A stretch of DNA of 64,000 bases, from NCBI GenBank assembly GCA_035279665.1, contig DATEHI010000011.1, positions 1,157-65,156 on the forward strand, in the 5' to 3' direction. Positions 63,414 through 64,000 of this stretch are shown piece after piece (the stretch's first letter is position 1; the number at the start of each line of letters is the position of its first letter). The translations under genes were made by a program, and so were the position numbers. The notes below the pieces were generated by a model. It did not search any database and was not told where the DNA came from. It saw only the letters and a list, made by a program, of their open reading frames with translations. This stretch comes from Candidatus Dormiibacterota bacterium. GTDB taxonomy: Bacteria; Chloroflexota; Dormibacteria; CF-121.

Positions 63414-64000
63414 GTGGGCGTATTCGCACTGATTGTCCTTGGCATCATTGTTCTCGTTGTCCTGATCGGCCTGAGCTCGGCGATCCGGATCATCAATGAG
63501 TACGAGCGGGGCGTGCTCTTTCGGCTCGGCCGTCTGTTGCCGCTGAAGGGCCCGGGGCTGCGACTGATCATCCCGTTCGGCATCGACCGCCTGGTGAAGA
63601 TCGACTTGCGCACGGTGACCCTCGAGGTGCCGCCGCAAGAGGTGATCACCCACGACAACGTCACCATCAAGGTCAACGCCGTCATCTACTTCCTGGTCGT
63701 CGACCCCAGCCATGCCGTGACCAAAGTCGCCAACTTTATCAACGCTACTTCACAGATAGCGCAAACCACACTACGGAGCGTGCTCGGCCAGTCGTCGCTC
63801 GATGAGCTGCTCGCCAACCGCGAGAAGATCAACGCCAAGCTCCAGCAGATCATCGACGAGCAAACCGAGCCCTGGGGCATCAAGGTCTCGACGGTCGAGA
63901 TCAAGGACGTCGAGCTCCCGCAGACGATGCAGCGCGCCATGGCCAAGCAGGCCGAGGCCGAACGAGAGAAGCGAGCCAAGATCATCCATGCCGAGGGTGA
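63414..64000 (+). CDS. SPFH/band-7 (stomatin/prohibitin-like) protein, partial (runs off the window end)
   Basis: An RBS gaggagg precedes the GTG. The protein has an N-terminal TM helix followed by an SPFH domain ([16 protein letters not shown]...). It forms the classic NfeD-stomatin operon pair. Confidence 0.8.
   Translation, partial: MGVFALIVLGIIVLVVLIGLSSAIRIINEYERGVLFRLGRLLPLKGPGLRLIIPFGIDRLVKIDLRTVTLEVPPQEVITHDNVTIKVNAVIYFLVVDPSHAVTKVANFINATSQIAQTTLRSVLGQSSLDELLANREKINAKLQQIIDEQTEPWGIKVSTVEIKDVELPQTMQRAMAKQAEAEREKRAKIIHAEG

Overview
High-GC (about 65-70%) bacterial chromosomal segment with actinobacterial- or Chloroflexi-like gene content. About 15-64 kb is conserved core: serA and a class V aminotransferase, rpsF-ssb-rpsR, tRNA-Val, moeA, an EF-G paralog, an ADP-ribose cluster (NUDIX, PfkB kinase, macro domain), mntH, mgtE, fatty-acid synthesis genes (a FabH-like gene, three KAS II paralogs, acpP, fabD, plsX), TrkA-N proteins, a LuxR-type two-component system with a GGDEF cyclase, gyrB and gyrA, the glycine-cleavage operon gcvT-H-PA-PB, and NfeD with an SPFH protein. 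The first ~15 kb looks accessory. It holds a ~45-nt tRNA-Lys 5' fragment, decayed pseudogene remnants, and a lower-GC toxin-like ORF whose N-terminal LLALQRTAGNAAV motif resembles DUF4157/eCIS-associated effectors. It also holds a redox block (ECF41-like sigma, peroxiredoxin, trxB), a persulfide/sulfide-detox-like operon (ArsR-rhodanese regulator, SAM methyltransferase, MBL-fold dioxygenase-rhodanese fusion, MFS exporter, cyclase-like protein) and trxA. These blocks are separated by at least 5 copies or fragments of a previously unnamed ~190-bp MITE-like inverted-repeat element. Other notable items: gyrB carries a ~551-aa LAGLIDADG intein with an embedded HTH at the conserved IIM|TDADVDG site, and plsX plus a fabF paralog sit between gyrB and gyrA. 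One 851-aa ORF fuses a 7TM sensor, an HD-GYP phosphodiesterase and a complete MFS transporter. A sigma-70 homologue lacking region 4 abuts gcvT. The FabH homologue has lost its catalytic triad and ends in a 33-bp tandem duplication overlapping the fabF start. A perfect GGGCACGTGCCC palindrome lies upstream of acpP. No CRISPR array, rRNA or recognisable transposase/integrase gene was seen.
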